From contig CAVUPH010000017.1 of the NCBI GenBank assembly GCA_963743305.1, positions 32,001 to 96,000 of the forward strand: DNA of 64,000 bases. Direction: 5' to 3'. This DNA comes from an uncultured delta proteobacterium. Its GTDB lineage: Bacteria > Desulfobacterota > RBG-13-43-22. Below are positions 37,349-46,738 of the stretch, piece after piece (the stretch's first letter is position 1; the number at the start of each line of letters is the position of its first letter). The notes under the pieces were generated by a model, which worked only from the letters and a program-made list of their open reading frames with translations, searched no databases and was not told where the DNA came from. Position numbers and translations under genes: made by a program.

Positions 37349-39296
37349 AAGTCTAACCTTCAAGCTGGTCTTTTTGATCCTTTCCAGCGTCCTGCTCATT
37401 TTCTCCGCGGCTTTTGGTTACGATTATTATCGCTCCCGAAAGGCCCTGCTTCAGTCGGTGGAGGAAAACGCTTTAAACTTGACGGGGTCCACGGTGAACC
37501 GGATTGAGACCGTCCTCTTCGGGATCCAGAAAATTCCTCAACAAATGGCCACCTGGATGGAGACCGGACTTTGCCGGGGGACCGAGATTCAGAAGATCAT
37601 CCACACCGCGCTGATCGGCAACCCGGAAATTTTCGGGTCGACGGTGGCCTTTGAACCCTATGCTTTTCAGCCCGAGAAACGGTTTTATGCTCCCTACGGG
37701 TATCGGGAAAAAGATCAATCCATCAAGACCTTATTTTTGGGTAGTGAGGACTATCAGTATTTTTACTGGGACTGGTACCAGCTCCCCAAGGAATTGAACC
37801 ACGCGGTCTGGAGCGAGCCCTACTACGACGAGGGCGGCGGCCGGATTATCATGACCACCTATTCGGTGCCCTTCAATAAAATCGTGGGAGGGCACCGATC
37901 CTTGCAAGGGGTGGTGACGGCCGATGTTTCCCTGTCCTGGCTGAAGGAAATCGTGTCGGCGGTAAAAATATTCGAAAGCGGCTATGCTTTTTTGGTTTCC
38001 CAAAACGGGGTATTCATCACCCATCCCCGTGAAGAGTTGATCCTGCGCGAAAGCCTGTTCAGCCTGGCGGAGAGCCGCGGGGATCCGGGTTTAAGGGAAA
38101 TCGGTCGGGCCATGATTCGAGGGGAACAGGGTTTTGTCAAAGTCCGGGATTTTGTCAGCGGAAAAGAATCCCGATTGGCGTACGCCCCGCTGTCCTCCTC
38201 CGGCTGGTCGCTGGGGATTATTTTTCCGGAAAACGAGCTTTATGCCGGTTTACGGCGACTGGAGCGAGGGGTGCTGTTGATCGGTTTGCTCGGACTGGGG
38301 CTGCTGGTGGTGGCGATTGCCGTGATTGCCGGGACCATCACCAGACCTTTACGCTTTTTGGCCCGCCAAAGCCAGGAAATCTCGCGGGGAAATTTGAACA
38401 TTGATTTGCCCGTGCCGGTCAACCAGGATGAAATCGGCCGACTGACCCGATCCTTCGGTGAAATGCGGGACTCCCTGAGGGAATACATCAGCCATTTGGC
38501 CGAAGTCACGGCCGCCAAGGAGCGGATCGAAAGCGAACTGAAGATCGCCCGGACCATCCAGCAGAGTTTTTTGCCCAAACATTTTCCGCCGGCGGAGGGG
38601 AAAGACCCCTTTGAAGTGTATGCCCTCCTGGAACCGGCCAAGGAGGTAGGCGGGGATTTTTACGACTTCTTTTGGGTGGACCCCGAGCATTATTGTTTGA
38701 CGGTGGGTGACGTGTCCGGGAAGGGGGTGCCCTCCGCGCTCTATATGGCGGTTACCAAAACACTTCTGAAAGGCCTGACCCGACCGGGCCGGGACCCGGC
38801 GGAAATTTTAAAGCGGGTCAATCAGGAGCTTTGCCGGGATAATGAAGCTACCATGTTTGTTACGGTTTTCCTGGGTATCCTCGCTGTTCGAACCGGGGTC
38901 TTCACTTATTCCAATGCCGGTCATCTTCCTCCGATTCTGGTACGGGCGGGGCGGGAGCCCGAGTGGCTGCCCCTGCCCAAAGGACTGGTGTTGGGGGGCC
39001 TGGACCAATCTACGTATCAATCCCAAACGGTTCTATTGGAACCGGGTGACCACCTGGTCTTGTATACCGACGGGGTGACGGAGGCCGTAAACGGGGAATC
39101 CGAGCTCTATTCCACCCGACGTTTGCTGGAAACGGTCCGGGGAGCGAGCCAGGAATCCATCGCCCAAAGACTCCAGCGTCTGTTGGCTGCGGTCAGGTCC
39201 TTCGCGGGCGATACCCCCCAGGCGGATGATATCACTCTGTTGGGGGTTACCTTGAAGGAAATCCCTTTCCCCCAAATGGATAGAAAGGAGGAATGA
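37338..39296 (+). CDS. Membrane sensor phosphatase: Cache-HAMP-PP2C (SpoIIE/RsbU family)
   Basis: WYQ..WSEPYYD dCache; DEIGRL HAMP; EVGGDFYD, GDVSGKGVPSA, NAGH, YTDGVTEA, DDIT. Confidence 0.96.
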   Translation: MRNKSLTFKLVFLILSSVLLIFSAAFGYDYYRSRKALLQSVEENALNLTGSTVNRIETVLFGIQKIPQQMATWMETGLCRGTEIQKIIHTALIGNPEIFGSTVAFEPYAFQPEKRFYAPYGYREKDQSIKTLFLGSEDYQYFYWDWYQLPKELNHAVWSEPYYDEGGGRIIMTTYSVPFNKIVGGHRSLQGVVTADVSLSWLKEIVSAVKIFESGYAFLVSQNGVFITHPREELILRESLFSLAESRGDPGLREIGRAMIRGEQGFVKVRDFVSGKESRLAYAPLSSSGWSLGIIFPENELYAGLRRLERGVLLIGLLGLGLLVVAIAVIAGTITRPLRFLARQSQEISRGNLNIDLPVPVNQDEIGRLTRSFGEMRDSLREYISHLAEVTAAKERIESELKIARTIQQSFLPKHFPPAEGKDPFEVYALLEPAKEVGGDFYDFFWVDPEHYCLTVGDVSGKGVPSALYMAVTKTLLKGLTRPGRDPAEILKRVNQELCRDNEATMFVTVFLGILAVRTGVFTYSNAGHLPPILVRAGREPEWLPLPKGLVLGGLDQSTYQSQTVLLEPGDHLVLYTDGVTEAVNGESELYSTRRLLETVRGASQESIAQRLQRLLAAVRSFAGDTPQADDITLLGVTLKEIPFPQMDRKEE

Positions 39297-39299
39297 TTA

Positions 39300-40610
39300 T
39301 TGGAACCCAAGGCCCAGGCTGAAGTCATACTCAGTGTGTTCCCCGATCCGGCTTTTATTCCCCTGGTGACGGCCTTCCTGGAGAATTCCGCTCAGGCCCA
39401 GGGGTTGGCCCGGAAAGAAGCCTTGGCCCTGACCTTGGCGGGGGAAGAGGTGTTTACTTACCTGTGCCCTCTGCTGCAGCCCGGGGAACATCTGGAAGTC
39501 CGTAGTGTTAAAGGCGGCTATTATGTACGAGCTGATTTCATTTTTACCGCGCGGGAGTTGAATCTGAGGGCTTTCAACCTCGCCAGCACCGTCTCGCTGG
39601 AAGACGAGGCCGGTCTGAATGAACTGGGACTATTGATTGCTTCCCGCTCGGTAGACCAGTTCACCCTAACCCGGAATCGGAACCGGATACAATTAAGTCT
39701 GCTCAAGGAGAAGGCCTATCCTCGGGGGGAAAGCGGTCAGGCGCCTCTTCCCGGCCCGGTTGAGACCTATACCATCAAAAGCCCCAACACCGCCGCACTC
39801 AAGTGGCTGGCCCAGCAGATTGGGGAGGGCTACTCGTCGTTGGAACTGCCGGCCTCGTTTCGGTATCCCGGTAAATTGGTGGACATGGTGGAAAGCCAGG
39901 CCTTCCAGGCCGCCCTGGCCGAAGGTCCGGCCGGCGAAGTGTCCGGTGGGGTGGTCTGGCATTGGGTTGGAGAACGAACCGTGGAGTGTTTCGGCCCCTA
40001 TATTTTTCCTCCAGGGTCCAGTCCGGCCATGGCTGAAGCCTTGATCGATGCCTGTTTGGCTTCCCTGGCCCGAACCCCGGCCGTGGGTCTAATCAACCGC
40101 TGGCCGACCCTCGATTTCCCCCGAAACTATTTTGAAGCCCTGGGAACGCTTTTCGATCAGGAAACGGGCGGCGTCTTAAGAGAAACACCCCATTATTTTC
40201 GCCAGCTTACCGAGGATCCGGGGTGCGCGGTCTGGTCGGCCCCTGAGCTGGAACCTTTTTTAAAGGAAGAATATCGTCGTCTGGTCCTCCCCCGGGAAAT
40301 TCGCCTGGTCAGACCCTGGGGTGAAAGTCGAGCGGAGTTTTCCGTACTGGCCTCGGCCCTGGATCGTACCCGAAAGACGGTCACCTTACGACCGGTCCTG
40401 ACCGGAGCTGACATCGAGGAGAATATTCGCAGGCACCGGCGATTATTTCAAGGGGAAAAGATCATCTATTGTTATCTGGAATTGGATCTAGGACAACCCT
40501 GGCAGGCGGATTTCGCGGGGCCCTTGCTCCTTAACGGTTTTATCCCCCGCCTGATTATCCCCTACGGCGGTGTGGGGGACCTGGTGATCTTTCAATGGAG
40601 GAATGTCTGA
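39300..40610 (+). CDS. Hypothetical protein: degenerate anti-sigma-type HATPase N-terminal domain plus GNAT-like C-terminal region
   Basis: LTLAGEEVFTY...LGLLIASRSVD parallels the RsbW-like LAVEEVAIN...GLGIYLARKVVD but lacks the N-box Asn and DxG; the C-terminal GNAT-like call is inferred. Confidence 0.6.
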   Translation: MEPKAQAEVILSVFPDPAFIPLVTAFLENSAQAQGLARKEALALTLAGEEVFTYLCPLLQPGEHLEVRSVKGGYYVRADFIFTARELNLRAFNLASTVSLEDEAGLNELGLLIASRSVDQFTLTRNRNRIQLSLLKEKAYPRGESGQAPLPGPVETYTIKSPNTAALKWLAQQIGEGYSSLELPASFRYPGKLVDMVESQAFQAALAEGPAGEVSGGVVWHWVGERTVECFGPYIFPPGSSPAMAEALIDACLASLARTPAVGLINRWPTLDFPRNYFEALGTLFDQETGGVLRETPHYFRQLTEDPGCAVWSAPELEPFLKEEYRRLVLPREIRLVRPWGESRAEFSVLASALDRTRKTVTLRPVLTGADIEENIRRHRRLFQGEKIIYCYLELDLGQPWQADFAGPLLLNGFIPRLIIPYGGVGDLVIFQWRNV

Positions 40611-41733
40611 GATGCCGTTCCCTCCTCTGGACCGTCTGGTCCCTGAATATGTTAAACATTTTGAAGCCTACATCCCCAGCCGGCCCGATGAGGAGTTGAA
40701 GAAGCTTTACGGCTGCTCCCGTCTCTTACGCCTCAATAACAATGAGAATCCTTTGGGGCCTCCCCCGGAGGCCCAGGCGATCATCCACCGTTTTCCGCCG
40801 CCTCGGGCTTCCATCTACCCCAGCGGCGATTCGTTTTACCTGCGGGGCCATCTGGCGGAGAAATTCGGACTCCATCCGGACCAGTTTCTGGTAGGCAACG
40901 GGGCCAACGAGGTGATCACCTTTGTCATCAAGGCTTTCTGCCAGGAAGGGGACAATATCGTCACCGCCGATCGGACCTTTTCCGTTTACGAATGGGTGGC
41001 GGAGTTTTCCGGCGTTGAGGCCCGACTGGTCCCGCTTAAGGATTTTGGGTTTGATGAGGCGGCCCTGCTCCGGCGAAAGGATGACCGGACCAAAATTTTC
41101 TTTATCTGTAATCCCAACAATCCGACCGGAACCTATTGGGATGAAGATCGTCTCCGGGTTTTTCTGGATCGTCTTCAGGGCCGGCAGATCGTGGTGCTGG
41201 ACGAGGCGTATTTTGAATTCGTGGAAAAGGACGATTTTCCGGACGGAATCAAACTGCTGGGTGAATACCCCAACCTGGTGGTCTTTCGTACTTTTTCCAA
41301 GATGTATGCGCTGGCCGGGCTGCGGATCGGTTTTCTGGCCGGCGACCGGCAGGTGGTGGACACCATTCGGAAAACCTGCGTGGTCTATTCGGTGAACGCC
41401 CTGGCCCAGGAAGCGGCCCTGGCGGCTCTCAAGGATCCGGAGCACCTCCCGCGAACCCGGGCGATGGTCAGAACCGGGAAAGAATTTTTGTTGAAAGAAC
41501 TGGAGTTATTGAAGCTTCCCTTCATCTCCGGCGAGGGCAATTTCTTGATGGTCAAGCTGCCCATGAGCGACAGCCTGGCTTATCGCCGGCTGATGACCCA
41601 GGGGGTTATGGTCCGGACCATGACCGGCTTCCGGTTTCCGAATTATATCCGCGTGACCCTATCCAGTTTAGAGGTTCTGGAGGTCCTGGTAGCGTCTTTG
41701 CACCGCCTGTTGAAGGGATCGGTCGATGGCTGA
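40603..41733 (+). CDS. PLP-dependent aminotransferase, histidinol-phosphate transaminase (HisC) family
   Basis: NENPLGP, GNGANE, CNPNNPTG, LDEAY, RTFSKMYALAGLRIG. Confidence 0.93.
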   Translation: MSEMPFPPLDRLVPEYVKHFEAYIPSRPDEELKKLYGCSRLLRLNNNENPLGPPPEAQAIIHRFPPPRASIYPSGDSFYLRGHLAEKFGLHPDQFLVGNGANEVITFVIKAFCQEGDNIVTADRTFSVYEWVAEFSGVEARLVPLKDFGFDEAALLRRKDDRTKIFFICNPNNPTGTYWDEDRLRVFLDRLQGRQIVVLDEAYFEFVEKDDFPDGIKLLGEYPNLVVFRTFSKMYALAGLRIGFLAGDRQVVDTIRKTCVVYSVNALAQEAALAALKDPEHLPRTRAMVRTGKEFLLKELELLKLPFISGEGNFLMVKLPMSDSLAYRRLMTQGVMVRTMTGFRFPNYIRVTLSSLEVLEVLVASLHRLLKGSVDG

Positions 41734-44056
41734 CCGCTCCACCATCGGAATGTCCCTACCCCGTCAGGATGCCTGGCCCAAAGTCCTGGGGCAGGCCAGA
41801 TACGCCGTGGATCATTACGGACCGGATCTGGTCTGGGCCGGAGTAAAAAGGGCCGGGGTTCCTCATGCCCGCTTAAAGGGCCTCCGTTTAAAAGCGGCTC
41901 AGGAGGTTCCGGGCGTCATCAAAATCCTGACACATCGGGATATCCGGGGTACCAACCGGCTGGGGGTTGTCCGGAGGGATATGCCGGTTTTGGTGGAGGA
42001 GAAGATTCGTTCCTGCGGGGATGCCGTGGCCCTGGTCTTGGCTGAAAATCCGGAAGCACTTAAAGAAGCCCTCGACCGGCTGACTTTGGATCTGGAACCC
42101 CTGCCCGCGGTTTTTGATCCGGCCAGGGCCATGGAAAAGGGTGCCCTTCTGCTTCATGAAGATCACCCCGACGGAAATATTCTCTTAAAAGGGGTGTTGG
42201 AGACCGGCTCGGGCGAAGACGGATTCGGGGAAGGGGCCGTGATCGTAGAGGCGGAGTTTCAAACCCACTGGCAAGAACATGCCTATCTGGAGACCGAGGC
42301 CGGCTGGGCCCTAGGGGAATCCGCTGGGGGGATAACCCTCATCACCTCCACCCAGACTCCTTTTCGGGACCGAGCGGAAGTGGCCGAAGCGCTGGGTTTG
42401 AAGGCCGAAGAAATCCGGATCATCGTTCCTCACTGCGGGGGGGCCTTCGGCGGCAAGGACGGCATCACCGTTCAGGCCCATTTGGCCTTGGCCGCCGGGC
42501 AGGCCGCCGGCCGACCGGTCAAAATGTGGTGGAGTCGGGAAGAGAGCCTTTCTGGCAGCGCGAAACGCCATCCGGTTCAAATGAGTTTCCGGTTGACGGC
42601 CAAGAAAGACGGGACCTTCCAGTCTCTGAGCGGTCGTCTGGTTTACGACACCGGGCCCTACGATCATCTGGGCGGGGCGGTGATGGCCTTGGGCCTGGAA
42701 CATGCCCCCGGCCCCTACCGGATCCCCCGGGTCTCCTTGAAGGCTTGGGCGGTCTATACCAACAACCCGTTGGGTGGTCCCTTCCGAGGGTTCGGAGTCC
42801 CGCAGGTTACGGCCGCCAGAGAGCAGGTGGTGGATATGATGGCCGCCAAGCTGGGATGGTCTCCTTTGGCTATCCGTTTAAAAAACGTTTTAAAAGCGGG
42901 GGAACCCAATCCGTTGGGAGTTTCGGCTCAAGGCGCCAGTGGACTGACCACCTGTCTGGAAACCCTGTCCGGTCACCCTCTCTGGGAACACCGGGAATCC
43001 TGGAAAAAAGAGGCGCCACCCTTCAAGAAGCGGGGCGTCGGTCTGGCCTGCGTCATGCACGGCCAGGGATATGGGCCGGTGATTCCCGATGTGGCCAAGG
43101 CTAAGCTTGAATTTACCGCCCTGGGACGAATCCGGATTTATAGCGGGGTGGTGGACATGGGCCAGGGGAATAGTTCGACCTATGCACAGATGGCCGGGGA
43201 GATTCTGGCCCAACCCCTTTCCCGGTTGGAGTTGGTCCTGCCGGACACCGCCAGAACGCTCCCCTGCGGATCGGCCTCGGCCAGCCGCACGACCTACACC
43301 TTCGGGCAGGCCCTCATCGGCGCCGCCGTCCGGTTGAAGGAACGGCTTCTGGAAAAGGCGGCCGATTTCCTGCACACCATGGATCTGGAAGCGTTGGAAC
43401 TGGTCAGCGGCGGAGTCAGACACCGGCCCACGGGTTGGCTGGTACCCTTGGCCCAGTTGTCCCGGGAATTTTCTCCGGAGGAGCGCTTCGTGGTCAATGA
43501 ATTTCAAGCCCCGGTGGCCGCCGAGACGCCGACCCGGGACCCAGCCTTGAGGCTGCACGGGATCCCCCATCTCATTTTTTCCCATGGGGTTCACCTGGCG
43601 GCCATCGAGGTTGATACCCTGACCGGGGCCATCGAGGTCCGAGACTATCTGGCGGTCAGCGATTGCGGGCGGATCGTCAACCCTCAGGTTTTTGAGCAAC
43701 AGATCCAGGGCGGTATCGTGCAGGGGCTGGGGTACGCCCTGCTGGAAGAGTTTAAAGCGGAAAAGGGAAAGGCGAAGACGACTACCCTGTCCACCTACCT
43801 TATTCCCACCGCCCTGGACTGTCCGGAGATGACTTCCCTGGCCGTGGAGATTCCGGAACCCACGGGCCCCTTTGGACTCAAAGGCGCCGGGGAAATCGCC
43901 ATTGACGGCCCGTTGCCCGCGGTGGCCAATGCCTTGGCCGAAGCCTGTGGGATCAGGATCAAGCAAACGCCGCTGAACCCGGAGAGGGTGTTGGGGGCCC
44001 TGCGGGAGAAGGAAGAGGGAAGTGGGGAGATGGAAGAAGGAAGCAGAAAGTGGTAG
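41726..44056 (+). CDS. Xanthine dehydrogenase family molybdopterin-binding subunit
   Basis: QEHAYLE, GGAFGGKD, KRHP, FRGFGVPQ, DMGQG, ASR, QIQGG, KGAGE. Confidence 0.96.
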   Translation: MADRSTIGMSLPRQDAWPKVLGQARYAVDHYGPDLVWAGVKRAGVPHARLKGLRLKAAQEVPGVIKILTHRDIRGTNRLGVVRRDMPVLVEEKIRSCGDAVALVLAENPEALKEALDRLTLDLEPLPAVFDPARAMEKGALLLHEDHPDGNILLKGVLETGSGEDGFGEGAVIVEAEFQTHWQEHAYLETEAGWALGESAGGITLITSTQTPFRDRAEVAEALGLKAEEIRIIVPHCGGAFGGKDGITVQAHLALAAGQAAGRPVKMWWSREESLSGSAKRHPVQMSFRLTAKKDGTFQSLSGRLVYDTGPYDHLGGAVMALGLEHAPGPYRIPRVSLKAWAVYTNNPLGGPFRGFGVPQVTAAREQVVDMMAAKLGWSPLAIRLKNVLKAGEPNPLGVSAQGASGLTTCLETLSGHPLWEHRESWKKEAPPFKKRGVGLACVMHGQGYGPVIPDVAKAKLEFTALGRIRIYSGVVDMGQGNSSTYAQMAGEILAQPLSRLELVLPDTARTLPCGSASASRTTYTFGQALIGAAVRLKERLLEKAADFLHTMDLEALELVSGGVRHRPTGWLVPLAQLSREFSPEERFVVNEFQAPVAAETPTRDPALRLHGIPHLIFSHGVHLAAIEVDTLTGAIEVRDYLAVSDCGRIVNPQVFEQQIQGGIVQGLGYALLEEFKAEKGKAKTTTLSTYLIPTALDCPEMTSLAVEIPEPTGPFGLKGAGEIAIDGPLPAVANALAEACGIRIKQTPLNPERVLGALREKEEGSGEMEEGSRKW

Positions 44057-44122
44057 GACGCGATCGGTGAGCGCGCCGCCTCTTGGAGAGGGCAGAGGAG
44101 AGAAAAGAGTGATAAACAGTCC

Positions 44123-44152
44123 GTCATGGCGAGCGAAGCGAAGCAATCTCCC
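44123..44152. repeat. REP-like half element GTCATGGCGAGCGAAGCGAAGCAATCTCCC
   Basis: Near reverse complement of 48641-48668; related to the core of 29439-29593. Confidence 0.7.
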
Positions 44153-44170
44153 GGGTCGAACTTCTGAGAT

Positions 44171-44638
44171 ATGAAAATTAAGCTTTTCTTTACTCTAAAT
44201 CAAAAACCCGTTGAACTGGAAACGAACAGTGACCGGCGGGTGGTGGATCTGCTGCGCGAAGAACTGGGCTTGACCGGCACCAAGGAGGCCTGCGGATCCG
44301 GGGAGTGCGGGGCCTGCACCATTCTGCTGGACGGCGAAAGCCGGCTGGCCTGCCTGATGCTGGCCGCCCAATTGGAAGGCCGATCCGTTATCACCATCGA
44401 GGGCCTGGGATCGGAGGCCAGGCCCCATCCCCTCCAGCAGGCCTTTGTAGCGCAAGGGGCTGTCCAGTGCGGCTATTGTACGCCGGGGATGATTCTGGCT
44501 TCCGAGGATCTGCTGGCGCGCAACCCCCACCCGAGCCGGCAGGAGATCCGGGAAGGGTTGAGCGGCAATCTCTGCCGCTGCACCGGCTACCAGAAGATTG
44601 TGGACGCCGTGGAAGCGGCCTCCCGGAAAGAGGATTGA
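44171..44638 (+). CDS. (2Fe-2S)-binding small subunit, CoxS/XdhC family
   Basis: GTKEACGSGECGACT, QCGYCTPG, NLCRCTGY. Confidence 0.96.
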   Translation: MKIKLFFTLNQKPVELETNSDRRVVDLLREELGLTGTKEACGSGECGACTILLDGESRLACLMLAAQLEGRSVITIEGLGSEARPHPLQQAFVAQGAVQCGYCTPGMILASEDLLARNPHPSRQEIREGLSGNLCRCTGYQKIVDAVEAASRKED

Positions 44639-44642
44639 GGGG

Positions 44643-45548
44643 ATGCGTTCCGTTTTTCTTCCCCAAAAACTGGAGGAACTTTGGCCCCGGCTGGAAGATT
44701 GTTCCACGTCCCTGTATGCCGGGGGAACGGACCTGCTGGTCCGGCTCCGGGAAGGCGCCCTCAAAGCGGGAAATCTGGTTTGTCTGGAGCGGCTGGCCGA
44801 ACTTAAAAAAGTGGAAGACTTGGGCGATGCGGTCCGGATCGGGGCGGTCTGCACCCATACCCAACTGCTGGCCGATCCGCTCGTCCGGCGGCATTTCCCG
44901 ATCCTCATCCGGGCGTTAAGGGTCTTGGGTTCCCCGCCCATCCGCCACCAAGGGACGATCGGGGGGAATATCGGGACCGCCTCACCGGCCGGGGACACCC
45001 TGGGACCTTTATATGCCCTGCGGGCGGAGGTGGAGCTCCGGACCCGGGAAACAGCCCGACGTTTGCCCATCGAGGATTTTATCCAGGGTCCGGGGCGAAC
45101 CGTTATGCTGAGCGGAGAAATCATCACCGGGGTCCGGATTGTTAAATGCCCGGCTTTCAACCTCCACCATTATGAAAAAGTGGGACAACGACGGGCCCTG
45201 GCCATCGCCATCGCCGGATTGGCGGTTTTGATGCGGGTCGGCGGGGATCAGACTATTGAAGAGGTCCGACTGGCCTGGGGGAGTGTCGGGCCGACGGTGG
45301 TTACTTCCGCCCCCGTGGAGGCCCTACTGCGGGGCCGGCCCCTAAGTCCGGAGGTCCTGCGGGAAGCCGCCGATTTGGCTCGTCAAGTGGTGGCCCCCAT
45401 CGATGATTTACGGGCCAGCGCCGACTACCGCCGGGAGGTGGCGGGTAATCTTCTGCGGCGCTTGCAGCTTTATTCCCCTTCGGCTACCGAGCGGGAGGAG
45501 ACGCTTTCCCTTAACCTTCTTCCCCGGCCGGGGGCGAGGGCGGAGTAA
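44643..45548 (+). CDS. FAD-binding medium subunit, CoxM/XdhB family
   Basis: AGGTDL, LGSPPIRHQGTIGGNIGTASPAGD, PIDDLRASADYR. Confidence 0.95.
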   Translation: MRSVFLPQKLEELWPRLEDCSTSLYAGGTDLLVRLREGALKAGNLVCLERLAELKKVEDLGDAVRIGAVCTHTQLLADPLVRRHFPILIRALRVLGSPPIRHQGTIGGNIGTASPAGDTLGPLYALRAEVELRTRETARRLPIEDFIQGPGRTVMLSGEIITGVRIVKCPAFNLHHYEKVGQRRALAIAIAGLAVLMRVGGDQTIEEVRLAWGSVGPTVVTSAPVEALLRGRPLSPEVLREAADLARQVVAPIDDLRASADYRREVAGNLLRRLQLYSPSATEREETLSLNLLPRPGARAE

Positions 45549-45559
45549 GGGGGGCCAGG

Positions 45560-46738
45560 ATGCCTACCTCATCTCCGCTCTGGACGAAGAATTTTCTCTT
45601 CTTTAACGGGGCTGTCTTTCTGGCCTTCGCCAATCTGGCCGCTTTTTTTTACTTGGAAGAATATCTTCGTACCCTGCCCATCGACCCCCGTTGGTTCGGA
45701 CTGTTGATCGGCCTTTTTGCGGCGGTCTCGCTGGTCCTGCGTCCCTTCCTCAGCCTCCTGCTGCGTCCGGACAACACGCGTCGGTGGATCTTCCTCAGCA
45801 CCCTGGGGGTCATGGCCGCGTTGGCCGCCTATGGCTGGCCGAAGAGCTTTTCTTCCATGGGCCTCCTGCGGTTGTTTCACGGGGCAGCGCATGTGATTCT
45901 GGCCACGGCCCTGTTTACCGGTCTGGTGCAGCGCATCCCTCCCTCGAAAAGCGGGCAGGCTTTCGGGCTCATTTCGATTGTCACGCTCCTTCCCTATGCC
46001 GTCATCCCTCCCTTTTTAAAGGCGCTTATGGGAACTTTGGGAGGCTATCCGCAGGTGTTGGCCTTTCTGGGGTTAACCATGGCCCTCATATTCCCCTTGG
46101 TTCTTCTTGACCGGGACCCGGTCCCAGGGGATGCCGGTCCCGAAAAAGCACGCCTGACCTCCAAAGAACTCCGGGAAAATTTTAAGGATTTGCGTATCGG
46201 GTTGATTCTTTCGGCCATGTTGTTATTCTATAGCGGGTATGCCGTCGTCTTCTTTTTTCTGGCCGGCTTTGCCCGAAAAGTGGGATTAGCTCAGGCCGGC
46301 TGGTTTTTCACCCTGTCCACCATCGGCGAGATCGGGATCCGGCTGGTGGGCTCTTCCGGGTTTGACCGCAGGAACAAGCGCGGCTTGGTGACCGGCGCAT
46401 TGGTGGCGGTAGCCGCCGGCTATTTTTATTTGCCCCGGGTGACTACCGAGGGCTGGTTGTTCATTTTGGGCGGCTTTCTGGGATTGGGCTGGGGGGTGGC
46501 GATGCCCGTTTTGAATGCCTTGCTTTTTGATTGTTCCACCACGAGGCTGCGGGCCTTTAACACCAACCTGGGCCTGCAGATGTTCCAGACCGGATTTTTT
46601 GTCGGACCGCTTCTTGGGACTTTTATCTTGCAGCAGGGGGGGTATGAAGGGCTGTATTATTTCTGCGCAGTCCTGGTCGTGGGTTCCGCCGTTTTGATGT
46701 TCCGACTTCCGGAGAAAAAGGAGAATGAACGTGGCTGA
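45560..46738 (+). CDS. MFS transporter
   Basis: About 12 hydrophobic segments; LWTKNF start; LLRLFHG motif. Confidence 0.9.
   Translation: MPTSSPLWTKNFLFFNGAVFLAFANLAAFFYLEEYLRTLPIDPRWFGLLIGLFAAVSLVLRPFLSLLLRPDNTRRWIFLSTLGVMAALAAYGWPKSFSSMGLLRLFHGAAHVILATALFTGLVQRIPPSKSGQAFGLISIVTLLPYAVIPPFLKALMGTLGGYPQVLAFLGLTMALIFPLVLLDRDPVPGDAGPEKARLTSKELRENFKDLRIGLILSAMLLFYSGYAVVFFFLAGFARKVGLAQAGWFFTLSTIGEIGIRLVGSSGFDRRNKRGLVTGALVAVAAGYFYLPRVTTEGWLFILGGFLGLGWGVAMPVLNALLFDCSTTRLRAFNTNLGLQMFQTGFFVGPLLGTFILQQGGYEGLYYFCAVLVVGSAVLMFRLPEKKENERG

Noticed and set aside
42890-44146. 418-aa minus-strand ORF
   Set aside because: Shadow of the Mo-subunit gene
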